Shown here one piece after another: positions 29,830-32,000 of a DNA stretch of 32,000 nucleotides. Source of the DNA: Aliivibrio fischeri ES114 (GTDB taxonomy: Bacteria > Pseudomonadota > Gammaproteobacteria > Enterobacterales > Vibrionaceae); NCBI RefSeq assembly GCF_000011805.1, contig NC_006840.2; one strand, 5' to 3'. The notes beneath the pieces were generated by a model that did no database searches, was not told where the DNA came from, and saw nothing but the letters and a program-made list of their open reading frames with translations. The first letter of the stretch is position 1; every line of letters begins with the position of its first letter. The position numbers were made by a program, and so were the translations under genes.

Positions 29830-31662
29830 ATGCCAAATGACATTAACTTCTCACTTGCTCCGTTTAACCGACTAACTTCAGAGCAACAAGAAATAATCAC
29901 AAAAAGTACGGATATTGCTTACTTTCGAGTAGGCGATACGATTATTCACGAAGGTCAAACGTCAGACAATCTCTTCATCATAATGAAAGGATCCGTTGAA
30001 GAGCGCTCAGATACCAGTGGGGAAATTTATGCCCACTACACCCATGACGATATTTTTGATGTGCGCTCTCAATTTGAACATCAAGTAAGACACAGTTATA
30101 TCGCTCTAGAAGATACCCTTTGCCACCTGCTTCCTACTCAACTTTTTCTTAATTTATATAATGAAAATCAAACCTTTTCTGACTACTTCAATAGCAGCCT
30201 AGCGAAACGAAAAGCCTTACTCACTCAAGCTAATCAGCAACAGAACTTAGCCGAATTTATTCTCACAAAAGTCGATGATGAAACAACTCAACAATGCCTT
30301 ATCGTAGATAGGAATACTCCCTTACAACAAGTCACTCAACTTCTGAAAGACAATAACATGGATGCGTTATTTGTTGAGTTAAACCAATATGATACTCGTC
30401 ATCAAGAAACTCAGAACAATTTACCTTTTGGTATTGTCACTCGAACAGACTTACTACACGCCATCATGATTGATGGGTATGCGGCAAACCATCCTGTAGG
30501 AGCGATTGCAACTTATCCTATTGTGCATATTCAACAACAATATTATTTGTTTAATGCCATGATGCTAATGACACGCCACCACATAAAAAGAGTTGCAGTA
30601 CTAAATAAAAACAAACTGGTTGGCATGCTGGATATGACGCAAGTGCTAAGCCTATTTTCAACTCACTCACATGTTCTTACCTTAAGAATTGCTCGCGCCG
30701 AACATATTGATGAGCTTGTCTTAGCAGCAAATACTCAAACTCAACTCGTAGAGACCTTAATCAATAACGGCATTCGAACGCGTTTCATTATGGAACTTAT
30801 TTCAACGGTAAATGAGCAGATCATCGAAAAAGCATTTAGCCTAGTGGTACCCAAAAGCTTACATGATCATTGCTGCCTGATTGTGATGGGGTCAGAAGGT
30901 CGAGGTGAGCAAATTTTAAAAACCGATCAAGATAATGCACTGATCATAAAAAATGGTCTTGAATGGCATAACTTACCCGAATTAATGAACCAATTTACGC
31001 ATACCTTACAGCAACTCGGTTATCCATTGTGCAAGGGAAATGTGATGGTCAGTAACCCTCTTTGGGTAAAAACAGAACATCAATGGGAGAAACATATTCA
31101 GAAACTGTGTGCCGAACCAAACACTGATAATATGATGAATCTCGCTATTTTCTCAGATGCTCAAGCTGTTGCAGGAAATCAAGCACTACTGTCTCCACTA
31201 AAGCAAATATTGATATCCAAACTCAAAGAGAATGAGATTGCTCTCAGTACTTTTTCTCGACCAGCCCTTCAATTTAATCTGCCATTAACATTTTTTGGAA
31301 ATATCAAAACAAAAAAAGAAGGGATTGATATTAAGCAAGGAGGCATATTCCCCATCGTTCATGGAATTCGAGCGCTATCTTTAGAGCAAGGTATTGAAGA
31401 AACAAACACGTTTAAACGTATCGATGCACTACGTAAACACAACGTATTAGAGCACTCTACAGCAGATAATTTAAATGAAGCACTAAAGTTGTTTTTTAAG
31501 TGGCGTTTGCGCCATCAACTACAAGAAAAAACTGGTATTCCAAGTAACCATATTCATATTGACCGCCTCGACCGTACTGAGCGAGACCTCTTACGCCACA
31601 GCTTACACATAGTAAAAAAGTTCAAAGAATGGCTTGGTTATCATTACCAAATAAGGGATTAA
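29830..31662 (+). CDS. Cyclic-nucleotide-binding/CBS/DUF294 nucleotidyltransferase-domain protein
   Basis: N-terminal cNMP-binding fold (FRVGDTIIHEGQTSDNLFIIMKGSVEERS), two CBS repeats, and GlnD-like nucleotidyltransferase motif GSEGRGEQILKTDQDNALI. The ORF track opens at TTG 29809; ATG 29830 follows an AAGGA-like RBS. Confidence 0.87.
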   Translation: MPNDINFSLAPFNRLTSEQQEIITKSTDIAYFRVGDTIIHEGQTSDNLFIIMKGSVEERSDTSGEIYAHYTHDDIFDVRSQFEHQVRHSYIALEDTLCHLLPTQLFLNLYNENQTFSDYFNSSLAKRKALLTQANQQQNLAEFILTKVDDETTQQCLIVDRNTPLQQVTQLLKDNNMDALFVELNQYDTRHQETQNNLPFGIVTRTDLLHAIMIDGYAANHPVGAIATYPIVHIQQQYYLFNAMMLMTRHHIKRVAVLNKNKLVGMLDMTQVLSLFSTHSHVLTLRIARAEHIDELVLAANTQTQLVETLINNGIRTRFIMELISTVNEQIIEKAFSLVVPKSLHDHCCLIVMGSEGRGEQILKTDQDNALIIKNGLEWHNLPELMNQFTHTLQQLGYPLCKGNVMVSNPLWVKTEHQWEKHIQKLCAEPNTDNMMNLAIFSDAQAVAGNQALLSPLKQILISKLKENEIALSTFSRPALQFNLPLTFFGNIKTKKEGIDIKQGGIFPIVHGIRALSLEQGIEETNTFKRIDALRKHNVLEHSTADNLNEALKLFFKWRLRHQLQEKTGIPSNHIHIDRLDRTERDLLRHSLHIVKKFKEWLGYHYQIRD

Positions 31663-31665
31663 ACG

Positions 31666-32000
31666 ATGAATTATTTACAACGATTATGGTGGCAATATAA
31701 GTTACGATCCCATAAAAACTTATCTCTTTTTCATCATTATTCTGGCGATGAGTTGGTGTCTATTGATTGTGAAACAACGAGTCTAAACCCCAACCATGCC
31801 GAATTGGTTTCTATTGCTGCTATCAAAATTAAAAATAATAGAGTGTTAACCAGTCAGACAATTCATTTAAAGCTGACGCCACCACAAAGCCTAAACTCCG
31901 ATTCAATCAAAATACACCAATTAAGGCATCAAGATCTCCATCATGGGCTATCCGAACAACAAGCGATGACTCAATTGCTTGAATTTATCGGTAATCGCCA
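31666..32000 (+). CDS. DnaQ-like 3'-5' exonuclease, partial (runs off window)
   Basis: My translation from ATG 31666 gives MNYLQRLWWQYKLRSHKNLSLFHHYSGDELVSIDCETTSLNPNHAELVSIAAIKIKNN..., with the DxE exo I motif (DCETTSLNP). Four nt downstream of the DUF294 stop codon. Confidence 0.82.
   Translation, partial: MNYLQRLWWQYKLRSHKNLSLFHHYSGDELVSIDCETTSLNPNHAELVSIAAIKIKNNRVLTSQTIHLKLTPPQSLNSDSIKIHQLRHQDLHHGLSEQQAMTQLLEFIGNR

Noticed and set aside
1-32000. Mobile element, prophage, CRISPR or defence island
   Set aside because: No transposase, integrase, regular direct-repeat array or defence gene signature was found; the genes are largely conserved metabolic and regulatory functions.

Overview
This window looks like ordinary core chromosome from a Vibrionaceae bacterium. 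The AT-rich composition and protein sequences suggest Aliivibrio, but that is an inference. I see no phage, transposon, CRISPR array, rRNA or tRNA. Gene order, left to right: aspA and a DcuA-type transporter; a UspA-like gene (-); dsbD; nagB; a leftward arsenic cluster (arsR, ArsJ-associated GAPDH, dual-specificity-like phosphatase, arsJ); a GAF-GGDEF gene; a POTRA-less BamA/TamA-like barrel (-); type II NADH dehydrogenase; znuA diverging from znuC-znuB, a gamma-carbonic anhydrase and a COG0523 GTPase around a perfect 30-bp Zur-like palindrome; glmS and a DeoR-family regulator (-); a CrbR-like regulator; MarC; DUF4212 plus a sodium:solute symporter; a CrbS-like SSS-family hybrid kinase (-); an HcaT-like MFS transporter (-); a cNMP/CBS/DUF294 nucleotidyltransferase; and the start of a DnaQ-like exonuclease. 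I cannot demonstrate a wholly new system. The best candidates are the phosphatase inside the ArsJ/GAPDH pathway, the zinc-starvation module with a possible substitute carbonic anhydrase, and the DUF294-exonuclease pair next to acetate-signalling genes.
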